From positions 124,001-188,000 of the IMG/VR virus record IMGVR_UViG_3300025030_000041: a DNA stretch of 64,000 nucleotides; one strand, given 5' to 3'. Under the pieces are notes generated by a model. It worked only from the letters and a program-made list of their open reading frames with translations, made no database searches and was not told the origin of the DNA. The position numbers and the translations under genes were made by a program. Shown one piece after another: positions 1 to 9,856 of the stretch. Each line of letters opens with the position of its first letter. The first letter of the stretch is position 1.

Positions 1-72
1 GATTTAGCAAAAAGCTATATTCTTGAAACAATTTCTTTTAATTATAATAAAAATACTCATAAATTATTTATA

Positions 73-345
73 ATGGGGCATACCCCAAAATTAGACGTAG
101 TAGCCTTAGTATTTAAAGAAATAGAAAGAGAAGCACTATACTCAGACGACTATTTTCAAAGATGGGTAAGAGCTGACGCTAAAATTAGATTAGGCAATAT
201 GCTTGGTACATACGAGTATTCTCTCGCGGGCGGGATAAAACTTAACGTGGATAGATTTATTGCAATAGGAGAAAAAGAATTACAAGAAGTAAAAGAAGCT
301 ATAAAAACTGAAAATAGTCCATCTTTTATGTTTTTTAGTTATTAA
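73..345 (+). CDS. hypothetical protein
   Basis: 90-aa ORF with ATG in A-rich context; no recognisable motif. Confidence 0.5.
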   Translation: MGHTPKLDVVALVFKEIEREALYSDDYFQRWVRADAKIRLGNMLGTYEYSLAGGIKLNVDRFIAIGEKELQEVKEAIKTENSPSFMFFSY

Positions 346-346
346 A

Positions 347-796
347 ATGAAAATGAAATATTTTTTAGTCATACTTGTTTTTTTATTTTTAAATTTAGTA
401 TCGTATTCTCAAATTAAACAATATAGTAATACATACCGAGCTTTATTTCCAAATAATTCGAGTGGGTATAACTGGCAGTTAATTGGAAATGTATGTCAAG
501 GGTGTGGAGCAGGTTATATTGGTATTGAAAGGAGTCAATTTACAAATAGCTTTGGAAATTATCAATATATAGTATATTTGTACACTTCGTCGTTTAATAA
601 TAATAACCAATTATCATATACTTATTTTAATAAAGTTAAAGTTTATGCATTATTTAATAATCAATGGATAGCCTTAGATAATAATTTACCGTTTGATATG
701 ATAGTTGGAAGTCAACCAACTATAGCATATACATTATTTAGTCCGTCGTCTTTACAATATATTTTGGTTACAATTGAAACAATAACACCTTATTAA
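347..796 (+). CDS. putative exported/membrane protein
   Basis: N-terminal K-rich then hydrophobic signal-like segment (MKYFLVILVFLFLNLVSYSQ). Confidence 0.55.
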   Translation: MKMKYFLVILVFLFLNLVSYSQIKQYSNTYRALFPNNSSGYNWQLIGNVCQGCGAGYIGIERSQFTNSFGNYQYIVYLYTSSFNNNNQLSYTYFNKVKVYALFNNQWIALDNNLPFDMIVGSQPTIAYTLFSPSSLQYILVTIETITPY

Positions 797-1048
797 ATGG
801 CAAAGAAATTATCTGAAAATAGTACAATAGTAATTCATTTAAACATAAAGACTATGCTATATATATTAGGTGTATTAATTTCAGTATATAGTGTTGGATT
901 TTATTTTTTAAATAATAAATTAATTGATGTAAATAAGTCAGTTGACCAACTTAAAAAGGAAGACATAGAAATTTTAAAAACTTCTATGAATAGAACAGAA
1001 GGCCAATTACAAATTTTAATTAAGTACGTAGATAAAAAAACAAAATAA
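797..1048 (+). CDS. single-TM plus coiled-coil protein (lysis accessory-like)
   Basis: hydrophobic MLYILGVLISVYSVGFYFL followed by heptad-like C-terminus. Confidence 0.45.
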   Translation: MAKKLSENSTIVIHLNIKTMLYILGVLISVYSVGFYFLNNKLIDVNKSVDQLKKEDIEILKTSMNRTEGQLQILIKYVDKKTK

Positions 1049-1060
1049 TATTTTATAAAA

Positions 1061-1783
1061 ATGGATAAAATAAAAGGCGGAAAATCTGATAATATGAATC
1101 AAGATGATATTGCAAAAATGCATAAAGTTGAGGTAAACCATATTTTAAATCAGCTTGAACTAGGTATTCAAGTTGAGTTTGAGCATACTAATGATTATTA
1201 TCTTGCAAAAGAAATAGCATTAGACCATCTTTATGAAAATCCAAACTATTATACTGAAAGTAGGCCAAACAAGTGGGCAGAACAAGAATTAAAAAAAGAA
1301 AAAGTTTATGAATATGTAAAAACTTTCTCCCAATTTGTTAAAGAAAATGAAAATTCTTATATAAATATTCCAAATAATTTTAAATCAAGATTAGATATTG
1401 AGAAGAAAAAGTCAGAAGGCTATTTAAAAAGTCCTATTGAATATAAATTAAAAATAAAAATACTATCTGATTTTAATTATGCTTATAATAGATTTTTAGA
1501 AACTTTAGAATATAAACAAATATATGATGAAAATTCTAATGAAGCTGAAACTATTTTTAATAGTGACTTTAAAAATATTATATTAGATAGTTTAAAATCT
1601 ACATATTATTATTTTAGTCAAGGTAAATTTACAGATTTAAATAAAATCACGTTTGACGAATTTATAAGCATTTTTAATAGCGAATTAGATAAATTTAAGT
1701 ATACGGATTTTATAGAAAATACTAAAAACAGAATTAAATTAGCTGAAGATGTATCTAATTTAGTAAGTAATAAATTAAAATAA
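1061..1783 (+). CDS. DUF5661-like domain protein with internal capsid-targeting-like motif
   Basis: LGIQVEFEHTND...AKEIALDHLYENPNYYT motif; internal YVKTFSQFVKE. Confidence 0.6.
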   Translation: MDKIKGGKSDNMNQDDIAKMHKVEVNHILNQLELGIQVEFEHTNDYYLAKEIALDHLYENPNYYTESRPNKWAEQELKKEKVYEYVKTFSQFVKENENSYINIPNNFKSRLDIEKKKSEGYLKSPIEYKLKIKILSDFNYAYNRFLETLEYKQIYDENSNEAETIFNSDFKNIILDSLKSTYYYFSQGKFTDLNKITFDEFISIFNSELDKFKYTDFIENTKNRIKLAEDVSNLVSNKLK

Positions 1784-1791
1784 ATAATTAC

Positions 1792-2154
1792 ATGTTAAGA
1801 GAACTCCCATTTAGAGATGAATTAGACCCCAATTATTTAGTAGATCATGTTGAAATAAATGACGACGTTGAAGCTCTTATATATCAACTGCAAAGCATTA
1901 TGCTAACTAGCAAAGGAGAAGTCTTAGGAGCGTCAGACTTTGGAGCAAACTTAGAAGACTTATTATTTACGTTTAATGCTAATGAATTTACAATTAATAC
2001 TACTCTAAATAGCCAAACTTATTTATTTTGCAATTTAGCAGATAAATATAAAGTTAAATTTAGTACTAAATTTATTAAAGAAGGATTCCACGATGTTGGA
2101 TTAATAGACGCTAGTATAGAAGATAAGACCGTATTTGGCGTATTATTCAAATAA
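1792..2154 (+). CDS. baseplate wedge protein, T4 gp25/GPW-like
   Basis: IMLTSKGEVLGASDFGANLEDLLF matches the gp25 T.kGE....dFG..L..lLF signature. Confidence 0.75.
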   Translation: MLRELPFRDELDPNYLVDHVEINDDVEALIYQLQSIMLTSKGEVLGASDFGANLEDLLFTFNANEFTINTTLNSQTYLFCNLADKYKVKFSTKFIKEGFHDVGLIDASIEDKTVFGVLFK

Positions 2155-2231
2155 ATGAAAATGTATTATTTTTGTAAAATGGATAAACTGTATAAGATAC
2201 TATATGTAGGTGATACCCCCTATTTAAATTA

Positions 2232-2357
2232 ATGAAAAATTTTACTGAATTTTTAACTGAAATTTTTAATTCTACTACACAGATCAAGTGGGATAATTCA
2301 AAATACCCAGATTTAACTGGATATTTTATAAGTAAGGTTTTATATAAAAAAATATAA
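2232..2357 (+). pseudogene. 5' fragment of a capsid-targeted protein gene interrupted by the tnpB element
   Basis: MKNFTEFLTEIFNSTTQIKWDNSKYPDLTGYF aligns by eye with the N-terminus of 43799-44296 (MFKNFQKFIIEGLKNPLLINWNKSQSEWIGVF). Confidence 0.6.
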
Positions 2358-2433
2358 AAATATTTAAATAAAAAGAAAAAAATAATAGTTTTTTAGATTT
2401 TTTTTTAAATTTCTAAATAAAATAAATAATATT

Positions 2434-2502
2434 ATGAAGTCTTACTCAAATAGAAGAAAACTAAATAAAATAAAAAAAGACTTAGAAACTACTACCGTCT
2501 AA
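2434..2502 (+). pseudogene. C-terminal remnant of IS607-type serine recombinase TnpA
   Basis: MKSYSNRRKLNKIKKDLE resembles the recalled YS.RR....K.L C-terminus of IS607 TnpA; directly upstream of tnpB. Confidence 0.45.
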
Positions 2503-2510
2503 CCTAACTC

Positions 2511-3872
2511 ATGCAAACTATTAAACTACCATACTATACGTCCTCTAACTCTGATAAATCTACTATTTTGTCATACCTTAAACAATACTCAAACTGCCTA
2601 CACTTTATGTTCAACCGTACAAATGATAACCTTTCTGAAACTACTATCAAACACCTACCAATCAATAATATACAACTGTTAGACAGCTGGTTTAAACAGT
2701 CTTGTGTGAAAGAGGCTACTCAAATTGCTACTACAAATAAAAATACTAAAGTAATATTTGGTGGAAAAAAGAATTTTTTCAACAGACTAAATAACAAAAT
2801 AACAAAAGACGAATACAAAATACTAAAACTTAGCCCTCTCTACTCTATAGGAGAAAAATCTAACCCTAGTGTAAAAGCTAACCGTAAATTTCATATAGAG
2901 CAAGACCTACTAAACATAACTTTCAAACCAAACAAACTTACCAAAATACCACTCAAACTTCCAATACTAAAACAAAACTACCTTAAAATACTCAAAACAC
3001 TATACCTTAGACAAGAACAAAAAAATATTTCTATAACCTATAAAATAGACACTAAATACATATACATATCTTTCGACGAAAAAGAACTATCAGTAAATCC
3101 TAATAGACCCTATACTGAAAACAGAGTACTATCTATAGACTTAAATCCTAACTATATAGGTTGGTCAATAGTTGATTGGTTGTCTGAGAGTGAGTTTAGG
3201 GTAGTAAAGAGTGGGGTATATTCGTTAAAATATTTAAATGATATAGAGAGGAAATTAAAGTTAAGTTCTAGTGATAGTAAGAGGAAGTATATTAGTGATA
3301 AGAGGAAGTGCGAGGTATTGGAGATATGTAAGAATTTGGTAGGTAAAGGTTTGTATTATGGAGTAGAAATAATTGGTATAGAGGATTTGAGTATTAGGGG
3401 GTCTGATAAGGGAAAGGGTAGGATGTTTAATAGGTTATGTAATAATAATTGGTTGAGGAATGATATTGTTAATAATATTGGTAAGAGGTGTAATATTTAT
3501 GGTATAAGGATGCAGAAAGTTAGGGCTGAGTATAGTAGTTTTGTAGGAAATATGGTATTTAGGGGGCTGAAACTACCTGATATGGTATTGAGTGCAATAG
3601 AGATAGGTAGAAGAGCTTATGAATATGTGAATCAATATATTAAGAAAATAAAAGATAAAAAAAAGAATATAATAATACCAAATGATAAATTCTATAAAGA
3701 TTTAGTAGTCAAGTCATTGGAAGAATTTGATATTAAATTTGAGTTTAGTAATTTGGTAGAGTTATATTACTTAGTAAAAAAGTCTAAAATTAGATATAGA
3801 CTTTCTTTAGAGGAGTTAGGTTTAAAGTTTTTGAGGCAAAGACATAAAAAATATGAGGCTATTATAATATAG
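2511..3872 (+). CDS. tnpB: TnpB/Cas12f-like RNA-guided RuvC endonuclease lacking the Zn finger
   Basis: RuvC-I VLSIDLNPNYIGWSI, RuvC-II IGIEDLSI, RuvC-III LPDMVLSAIEIGRR; no CxxC pairs between II and III. Confidence 0.85.
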   Translation: MQTIKLPYYTSSNSDKSTILSYLKQYSNCLHFMFNRTNDNLSETTIKHLPINNIQLLDSWFKQSCVKEATQIATTNKNTKVIFGGKKNFFNRLNNKITKDEYKILKLSPLYSIGEKSNPSVKANRKFHIEQDLLNITFKPNKLTKIPLKLPILKQNYLKILKTLYLRQEQKNISITYKIDTKYIYISFDEKELSVNPNRPYTENRVLSIDLNPNYIGWSIVDWLSESEFRVVKSGVYSLKYLNDIERKLKLSSSDSKRKYISDKRKCEVLEICKNLVGKGLYYGVEIIGIEDLSIRGSDKGKGRMFNRLCNNNWLRNDIVNNIGKRCNIYGIRMQKVRAEYSSFVGNMVFRGLKLPDMVLSAIEIGRRAYEYVNQYIKKIKDKKKNIIIPNDKFYKDLVVKSLEEFDIKFEFSNLVELYYLVKKSKIRYRLSLEELGLKFLRQRHKKYEAIII

Positions 3873-3896
3873 TATTATATTTTTTAATATTTTTGA

Positions 3897-4142
3897 TATT
3901 TAAATAAATCTAATCCTGACATTTTATTTTATACAACACACGAAGAAAAAAGACAAAACCGTTATGAAAATTTAACAGATTTTCTTTTACAAACTTAGAT
4001 TGGAAATACTTATAGCTACACTATATTTGATATTGGAAATAACGGTAAAATTTATGTATTGACTAAAAATGGAATTGATAAAAACTTAATTAATCAATTA
4101 GAAATTAATGATACCTTTATGAATTGGATAAATGAATTATAA
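3897..4142 (+). pseudogene. 3' fragment of the interrupted gene, with internal TAG at 3996
   Basis: YLNKSNPDILFYTTHEEKRQNRYENL resembles FIEEIQPESFIFCALDESKTRRLFYDRF of 43799-44296; no start codon, in-frame stop. Confidence 0.5.
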
Positions 4143-4167
4143 AAAATAATAGGGCTTTTTATTTTGT

Positions 4168-4194
4168 AAAGGACTCAAAAATGAGTCCTTTTTT
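4168..4194 (+). terminator. intrinsic terminator
   Basis: AAAGGACTCA-AAAA-TGAGTCCTTT hairpin followed by T-run. Confidence 0.7.
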
Positions 4195-4215
4195 GTTTGA
4201 ATAAATAATAATATA

Positions 4216-5967
4216 ATGGCAGATTTAATAGTTTCAATTACTCCAAGTGAAGATACTAATTATTTAACATATAATGGTAATTATAGAATTTATACTACAT
4301 GTGAACTAATTGCAAGTGTAGTATCTATTACTGGTTATATGGAAAATATTAATTTTCAAACGTATGACCAACTTGGTATGAAGAGGTCATTTAGATATTC
4401 AACAGACAAACTAAATTGGTCATTATGGATAGACTTCGATTCATCTGATTTAAGCCCACTAACAACTTTACAATTAGATAAACCAATTTATATAAGTATA
4501 AAATATTTTTATAATTCGTCTATACAATTAGAAGGAGAACATTTAATACCTAATATTAAGATTGAGCAGTTTCAGTTATCATTTAAACCAAGTGTAGAAA
4601 CTTTGCCAGATTATATATATATGCCTCCAGTGGAATGTAGTGATGAATTTAGTCCAAATATTGTAGTATGTAGGAATCTGAAATTTGATCCATATAAATT
4701 AGCACCGATTGTTAATATAATTAAACAATTAAATAATAGTGTAAATCAACAATTTGGACATGAAGTTCTATATTTTAGAACTGGAAGTACTGCACCAGAT
4801 TATACATTTAAAGAATATACTTTACAAAAAGTAATAGATAAAAAGTGTATTAAAGTATTAGTATTAAATAATCAATTTCCAGATAATAAACCCGTATTTG
4901 CAGAATTTGGAGTAGACTTTGAAACTCCTTTTGAAATACATATAGTTAATGAATACTTTGAAGAACAATTTGGTAAAAACTCAAGACCTAGAAAAAGAGA
5001 TTTTATGTATTTTCAAAAATTAAATAGGGTATATGAAATACAAGGAAGTTATTCTTATAGAGATATTAATATGGAAGAAATGTATCATAGAGTACAATTA
5101 GTTAAGTATAACCCAAATATTGATATGCAAATGAATGCTGAAAATCAACAGGCAATAGATGATTTAATAGTATCAACAGATGAGTTATTTAAAGATGAAT
5201 TGAAAAAAGAAAAAGATGATGCTATATTACCTCAGCAATTTAATACTACAAATAGAATAAAAGGAGATTCTAGAAAATCTATTGATAAAGGACTATTAAT
5301 ATCTGATTATAACCAATTAATGAATTGGGGACCTATTATTAATAATTATTATGATCTTTCAAAAATGACAAATAATGTTGCAGTAAATTATAAATATGAA
5401 TCTAATCTTTTAGAAAATGATAATTTAACATTTAGTACTTATTTTAAATTAATAGGTAAAACATCAGGAAATGTAATTTTCCTAGATGGAAGTTTAGGTA
5501 GTCCTATTGATGGATTAAAAATTAGCGGGCAATATAATAGAACAAATAATATATTAGTTTTAAATATAAATTTAAATACATTATTAAAAACATATACACT
5601 CACTGATATAATTTTTGATAATTGGTATAATTTAATAATAGAAATATCAAATGAATTTCAACAAATTGGAGTATACTTATATGAACCTATAATAGATTCA
5701 TCAATGACAAATAACTGGAATGATTTTACTCAAATATTTAAGAAAATAGAAACATTAACTAGAACTATAATTAATACTACTGAAAATTATAAATTATTAA
5801 AGGGTGACTTATATTTATCTAATATAAGATTATTTAATTATTTAGTAAAAGAAGAAAATCATAAATTAGTAATGAGTATGCTAACTATAAAAGATGAAGG
5901 AAATTCTCCCATTGTAGATAATTGCAAAAGAGAACTAAAGATACCATATATTGCATTAAACAAATAA
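4216..5967 (+). CDS. neck/head-completion protein (T4 gp14-like core) with extra N- and C-terminal domains
   Basis: FGHEVLYFR...FGVDFETPFEIHI...FG...PRKRDFMYF...NRVYEI gp14-like motif series; adjacent to terL. Confidence 0.6.
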   Translation: MADLIVSITPSEDTNYLTYNGNYRIYTTCELIASVVSITGYMENINFQTYDQLGMKRSFRYSTDKLNWSLWIDFDSSDLSPLTTLQLDKPIYISIKYFYNSSIQLEGEHLIPNIKIEQFQLSFKPSVETLPDYIYMPPVECSDEFSPNIVVCRNLKFDPYKLAPIVNIIKQLNNSVNQQFGHEVLYFRTGSTAPDYTFKEYTLQKVIDKKCIKVLVLNNQFPDNKPVFAEFGVDFETPFEIHIVNEYFEEQFGKNSRPRKRDFMYFQKLNRVYEIQGSYSYRDINMEEMYHRVQLVKYNPNIDMQMNAENQQAIDDLIVSTDELFKDELKKEKDDAILPQQFNTTNRIKGDSRKSIDKGLLISDYNQLMNWGPIINNYYDLSKMTNNVAVNYKYESNLLENDNLTFSTYFKLIGKTSGNVIFLDGSLGSPIDGLKISGQYNRTNNILVLNINLNTLLKTYTLTDIIFDNWYNLIIEISNEFQQIGVYLYEPIIDSSMTNNWNDFTQIFKKIETLTRTIINTTENYKLLKGDLYLSNIRLFNYLVKEENHKLVMSMLTIKDEGNSPIVDNCKRELKIPYIALNK

Positions 5968-5978
5968 TAAAAAATAAA

Positions 5979-6608
5979 ATGAAACATATAAAACTTTTTG
6001 AACAGTTTATATCTGAAGAAGACATACCTAAACTTAGTCGTAAAGATATATTTATACCTAGGAGGCTTAAAGAAAGATGGGATGACTTACTTATCCATTA
6101 CCTTAATAAAGGGTATACCAAAGAACAAATATTCGTTGCTAAACCTTTTAATGAACTTATTTTTATAACTAAAAATAATATAGAAGATTTTAAGAATATT
6201 AAAGTTATAATTGGTAATGTTAGAATAAGCGAAATACATGATTTAAGAGAGCTAAGTATAGAAGAAGTAAATGGATATTTTAGTTGCTCTTATAATAACT
6301 TAACTAGTCTAGATGGCGTCCCTAAAAAAGTTGACGAATTTTATTGTTCTAATAATAAACTAACTAATCTCAAAGGATCTCCTAGTATAGTTAACGGTGG
6401 TTTTTATTGTTCTAATAATAAACTAACTAGTTTAGAGGGAGCTCCTAATAATGTTAATGAATTTGATTGTTCTTATAATTATTTAACTAGTCTAGAAGAT
6501 GCTCCTAAAATAGTTAATGGAAATTTTTTTATTACTTATAATTATAAAGATTTTACAGAAAAAGAAGTAAGAGAAGTAATCGATGTTAAAGGAATAGCTT
6601 ATGTTTAA
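5979..6608 (+). CDS. capsid-targeted 21-aa LRR protein, paralogue 1 (4 repeats)
   Basis: MKHIKLFEQFISEE, IFIPRRLKERWDD core, FxCSxNxLTSLEGAP repeats; start moved from 5922 to the conserved ATG. Confidence 0.85.
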   Translation: MKHIKLFEQFISEEDIPKLSRKDIFIPRRLKERWDDLLIHYLNKGYTKEQIFVAKPFNELIFITKNNIEDFKNIKVIIGNVRISEIHDLRELSIEEVNGYFSCSYNNLTSLDGVPKKVDEFYCSNNKLTNLKGSPSIVNGGFYCSNNKLTSLEGAPNNVNEFDCSYNYLTSLEDAPKIVNGNFFITYNYKDFTEKEVREVIDVKGIAYV

Positions 6609-6623
6609 AATAATTATTATTAT

Positions 6624-8585
6624 TTGCGTGATTTTTTAAAAGATGGAAATTTTACATCTATCAAGTTATCAGATAGTGAGAGTAAAATTAAAACTGATCC
6701 AAAAACAGGAGAGGTTATATCTCAGTCTTCCTCTTTTATTTGGACATCTGATAAAATAAATGATATTCTTCAAAAATATAATGACGGTTTAGTTGAAATT
6801 AAAGGGATGTCAAATAGTCCTTTTTTTACTGGAGATATAGAATTGCGCCGAGGAAATATATTGTTTGAGTATACTCCATATGAATTAAATGAAATTAGAA
6901 AATGTAGAGAAGATATATTATATTTTGCAGATACATACTGTAAACTAATGACTGACAATGGGTATGAATTAATAAAAACTGCACCACATCAAAGAGAAGT
7001 ATTACTAAATTATGTAAATAATAAATTTACAATTAGTATGCAATCTAGACAATCATTTAAGTCTACTACTGCTAGTATATTTATAGCATGGGTTACATGT
7101 TTTTCTTATGATAAGAATGTATTAATGATTGCTGATGTTAGTGAAACCACTAAAGAAATAATAGATAAGTTCTGGAATATTTATCGTACTTTGCCATTTT
7201 TTATAAAACCTGGTGTAATAAATGATTCAGTTATGTCAAAGAAATTTGATAATTTATGTAGAATATTTGGCAGAAATACTAGTACTAAAAGTGCTATTGG
7301 AGTAACTGCATCTATTGTTTATATTGATGAGTTTGCTCATATTGAGCCGTCGTTTATAGAAAAATTCTATAAATCTGTTTACCCAACTATTAGTTCTAAG
7401 CCTGATGGAAAAGTTATAATAACATCTACTCCAAATGGTCCAAATAAATTTTATGAATTATACTTAGGAGCATTAGATAAACAAAATGAATATGTTCCAA
7501 TTAGAGTAGACTGGTGGCAAATACCAGGAAGAGACGAAAAATGGAAAAATCAAGAAATTGCTAACTTAGGTAATATAGAGTCATTTAATCAAGAATATGG
7601 TTTACAGTTTTTTTCGAGCGACTCATTATTATTAACTTCAGATAATATAAAGAAAATAAACAACTTAAAAACTTCATTTATACATAAATCAATATTTAAT
7701 TTTGAAGATGAAGAGATAACATATACTGAATTAAAATGGCATCCTAATTTTAAATTAGATAATTTAAAAAATGATAAACATTGTTATGTATTTACTGTAG
7801 ATACTGCTGACGGTATAGAAAACGATTATTCTGTTATTAATATATGGAAATTAACAACTATTCCTTTTAAATCATTATTTAAAAATAGAGATCTATTTAG
7901 AAATGAAATAGATTGCTTTGGATTAGTACAAGTTGGAGTATTTAGAAGTAATACAACTGATATTAATCAATTTAGCCGTATATTAGAAATATTATCATTT
8001 AAAGTATTTAATACTGATCATGTAAGAATAATACTTGAAATGAATCATAAGGGTGACCTATTAGTTAATAAATTGGAAAATAATAATTCTTATTGGCCAG
8101 GATTATTATTATACAGCAAGCACTCTAATGAATCTAAAATATTAAAACCTGGTATAAAAACTACATCATCTAATAAAGTCAGGTTTTGTGAAAGATTAAA
8201 TTATTTTATAACGTTAGATAAAATAATGCCGACTGACTCTGAAACTATTAAAGAATTAAATGCATTTGGTAAAACTAAAAACGGGTCATATAGAGGACAA
8301 AATGGTCATGACGATTTAAGTATGAGCTGTGTATTTTTAAGTGCATTTTATGAAAGTTCATTATTTATAGAATTAGCAAGTGAAAGCTACGATTTAATAC
8401 AAAATGTTGAATATAAGAAAAAATTTGAAAATGAAATATTAAAATATAATACTGAACGCGAATATAGTACTAATTCTGTAAATTTCAATTCATTAAACCA
8501 AATAAATAATCTTTTTAATAATGTTAATAATGGAAATTACTTACCACATTCATTGATAAATAGTGAAGACCCTTATAAAATTTAA
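6624..8585 (+). CDS. terL: terminase large subunit (T4 gp17-like)
   Basis: SRQxxKST Walker A region, YIDEFAH Walker B, ITSTPNG coupling motif, TVDTADG and GHDDL RNase H-like nuclease motifs. Confidence 0.92.
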   Translation: MRDFLKDGNFTSIKLSDSESKIKTDPKTGEVISQSSSFIWTSDKINDILQKYNDGLVEIKGMSNSPFFTGDIELRRGNILFEYTPYELNEIRKCREDILYFADTYCKLMTDNGYELIKTAPHQREVLLNYVNNKFTISMQSRQSFKSTTASIFIAWVTCFSYDKNVLMIADVSETTKEIIDKFWNIYRTLPFFIKPGVINDSVMSKKFDNLCRIFGRNTSTKSAIGVTASIVYIDEFAHIEPSFIEKFYKSVYPTISSKPDGKVIITSTPNGPNKFYELYLGALDKQNEYVPIRVDWWQIPGRDEKWKNQEIANLGNIESFNQEYGLQFFSSDSLLLTSDNIKKINNLKTSFIHKSIFNFEDEEITYTELKWHPNFKLDNLKNDKHCYVFTVDTADGIENDYSVINIWKLTTIPFKSLFKNRDLFRNEIDCFGLVQVGVFRSNTTDINQFSRILEILSFKVFNTDHVRIILEMNHKGDLLVNKLENNNSYWPGLLLYSKHSNESKILKPGIKTTSSNKVRFCERLNYFITLDKIMPTDSETIKELNAFGKTKNGSYRGQNGHDDLSMSCVFLSAFYESSLFIELASESYDLIQNVEYKKKFENEILKYNTEREYSTNSVNFNSLNQINNLFNNVNNGNYLPHSLINSEDPYKI

Positions 8586-8592
8586 TTTAAAT

Positions 8593-9228
8593 ATGAAACA
8601 TATAAAACTATTTGAACAATTCATATCTGAAGAAGACACTCCTAAGCTTAGTGCTAAAGATATATTTATACCTAGAAGACTTAAAGAAAGATGGGATGAC
8701 CTGTTACTTCCTTACCTAAATAAAGGTTATACCAAAGAACAAATATTTGTAGCTAAACCCTTTGATGAACCTATTGTTATAACTAAAAATAATATAGGAG
8801 ACTTTAAAAGTATTAAAGTTATAATTGGTAATGTTAGAATACGTGGAATAACTGATTTGAGGAAGTTAGGTATAGAGGAAGTAACTGGTTTTTTTGATTG
8901 TTCTAATAATAGCTTAACTAGTCTAGAAGGAAGTCCTATTATAGTTGGAGGATTTTTCTATTGTTATAATAATAATTTAACTAGTCTTGAAGGAGCTCCT
9001 GCTACATTTAATGGATGGTTTAATTGTTCATTTAATAGCTTAACTAGTCTTGAAGGAGCTCCTGCTACATTTAATGGATGGTTTAATTGTTCATTTAATA
9101 GCTTAACTAGTCTAGAAGGAGCTCCTAAAGTAGTTAATGGCAAATTTGCTATTAATGATAATATAAAGAACTTTACAGAAAAAGAAGTAAGAGAAGTAGT
9201 TGATGTAAAAGGAAAAGTTATTGTTTAA
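8593..9228 (+). CDS. capsid-targeted LRR protein, paralogue 2 (4 repeats)
   Basis: same architecture; near-perfect 63-bp tandem duplication around 8990-9120. Confidence 0.85.
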   Translation: MKHIKLFEQFISEEDTPKLSAKDIFIPRRLKERWDDLLLPYLNKGYTKEQIFVAKPFDEPIVITKNNIGDFKSIKVIIGNVRIRGITDLRKLGIEEVTGFFDCSNNSLTSLEGSPIIVGGFFYCYNNNLTSLEGAPATFNGWFNCSFNSLTSLEGAPATFNGWFNCSFNSLTSLEGAPKVVNGKFAINDNIKNFTEKEVREVVDVKGKVIV

Positions 9229-9229
9229 A

Positions 9230-9856
9230 ATGAAACATATTAAATTATTTGAAGAATATATTAATAGTATAGAACTAATTACTGAATTAGCGATTAGCCT
9301 TGAAACACTACTTGATATTAATAATAAGTCTATTGCATTAGTTATGCAAGAACTTAAACATAAAAAGTATAAATACTCTATTTATGATTTTGAAAATTCT
9401 AAAGTTCTTGGATTTATGGAAATTGCTGAAGACGACGGCATAATGCAAGTATCTAAGGTTGCTTCTGAAAAAGGTTATGGCCCGCTATTATACGATATAT
9501 CCATGATGAATATTTATCCAAACGGACTTTCACCAGATAGAAGCTCAATAACTAGTGGAGCTCTAAATTTATGGAAATACTATTATGAAAATAGGCGAGA
9601 TATTATAAAAAAAGAAATTAAACCAGGAGATCCTGCCTATATGGAATCATATAAAATGGGAGAAGACCTTACTATACATACTAACCCTGAAATTTTAAAA
9701 CTATTAAACACTATTTATTATTTAAAACCAACTACTACATATTATAAATATACATCATTAAGCAATCAAATAATTAATGATAAAAATGCTTCGCCTAACT
9801 ATATTTTAAATAAAGGCCAAACTTACTTTTGGAAAAAATACCTTAATAAAGTATAA
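9230..9856 (+). CDS. capsid-targeted protein with GNAT-like fold
   Basis: MKHIKLFEEYI N-terminus; QVSKVASEKGYGPLLYD resembles the GNAT acetyl-CoA motif A; SPDRSSITSGALNLWKYY. Confidence 0.55.
   Translation: MKHIKLFEEYINSIELITELAISLETLLDINNKSIALVMQELKHKKYKYSIYDFENSKVLGFMEIAEDDGIMQVSKVASEKGYGPLLYDISMMNIYPNGLSPDRSSITSGALNLWKYYYENRRDIIKKEIKPGDPAYMESYKMGEDLTIHTNPEILKLLNTIYYLKPTTTYYKYTSLSNQIINDKNASPNYILNKGQTYFWKKYLNKV

Larger units (their letters stand above)
2340..3897 (+). mobile_element. non-autonomous IS607-derived tnpB element (boundaries approximate)
   Basis: tnpA-like remnant plus tnpB lying between two halves of a broken gene. Confidence 0.6.

Noticed and set aside
2340-3900. Terminal inverted repeats for the tnpB element
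   Set aside because: Only weak AATAT(C)AAAAATATT-like similarity in nearly pure AT sequence; not distinguishable from chance, so boundaries stay approximate.
3996-3998. TAG recoding (genetic code 15) as in some jumbo phages
   Set aside because: Long genes are intact in code 11 and TAG ends genes cleanly (e.g. 12467, four bases before the next start); the single in-frame TAG lies in a gene already broken by the tnpB element.
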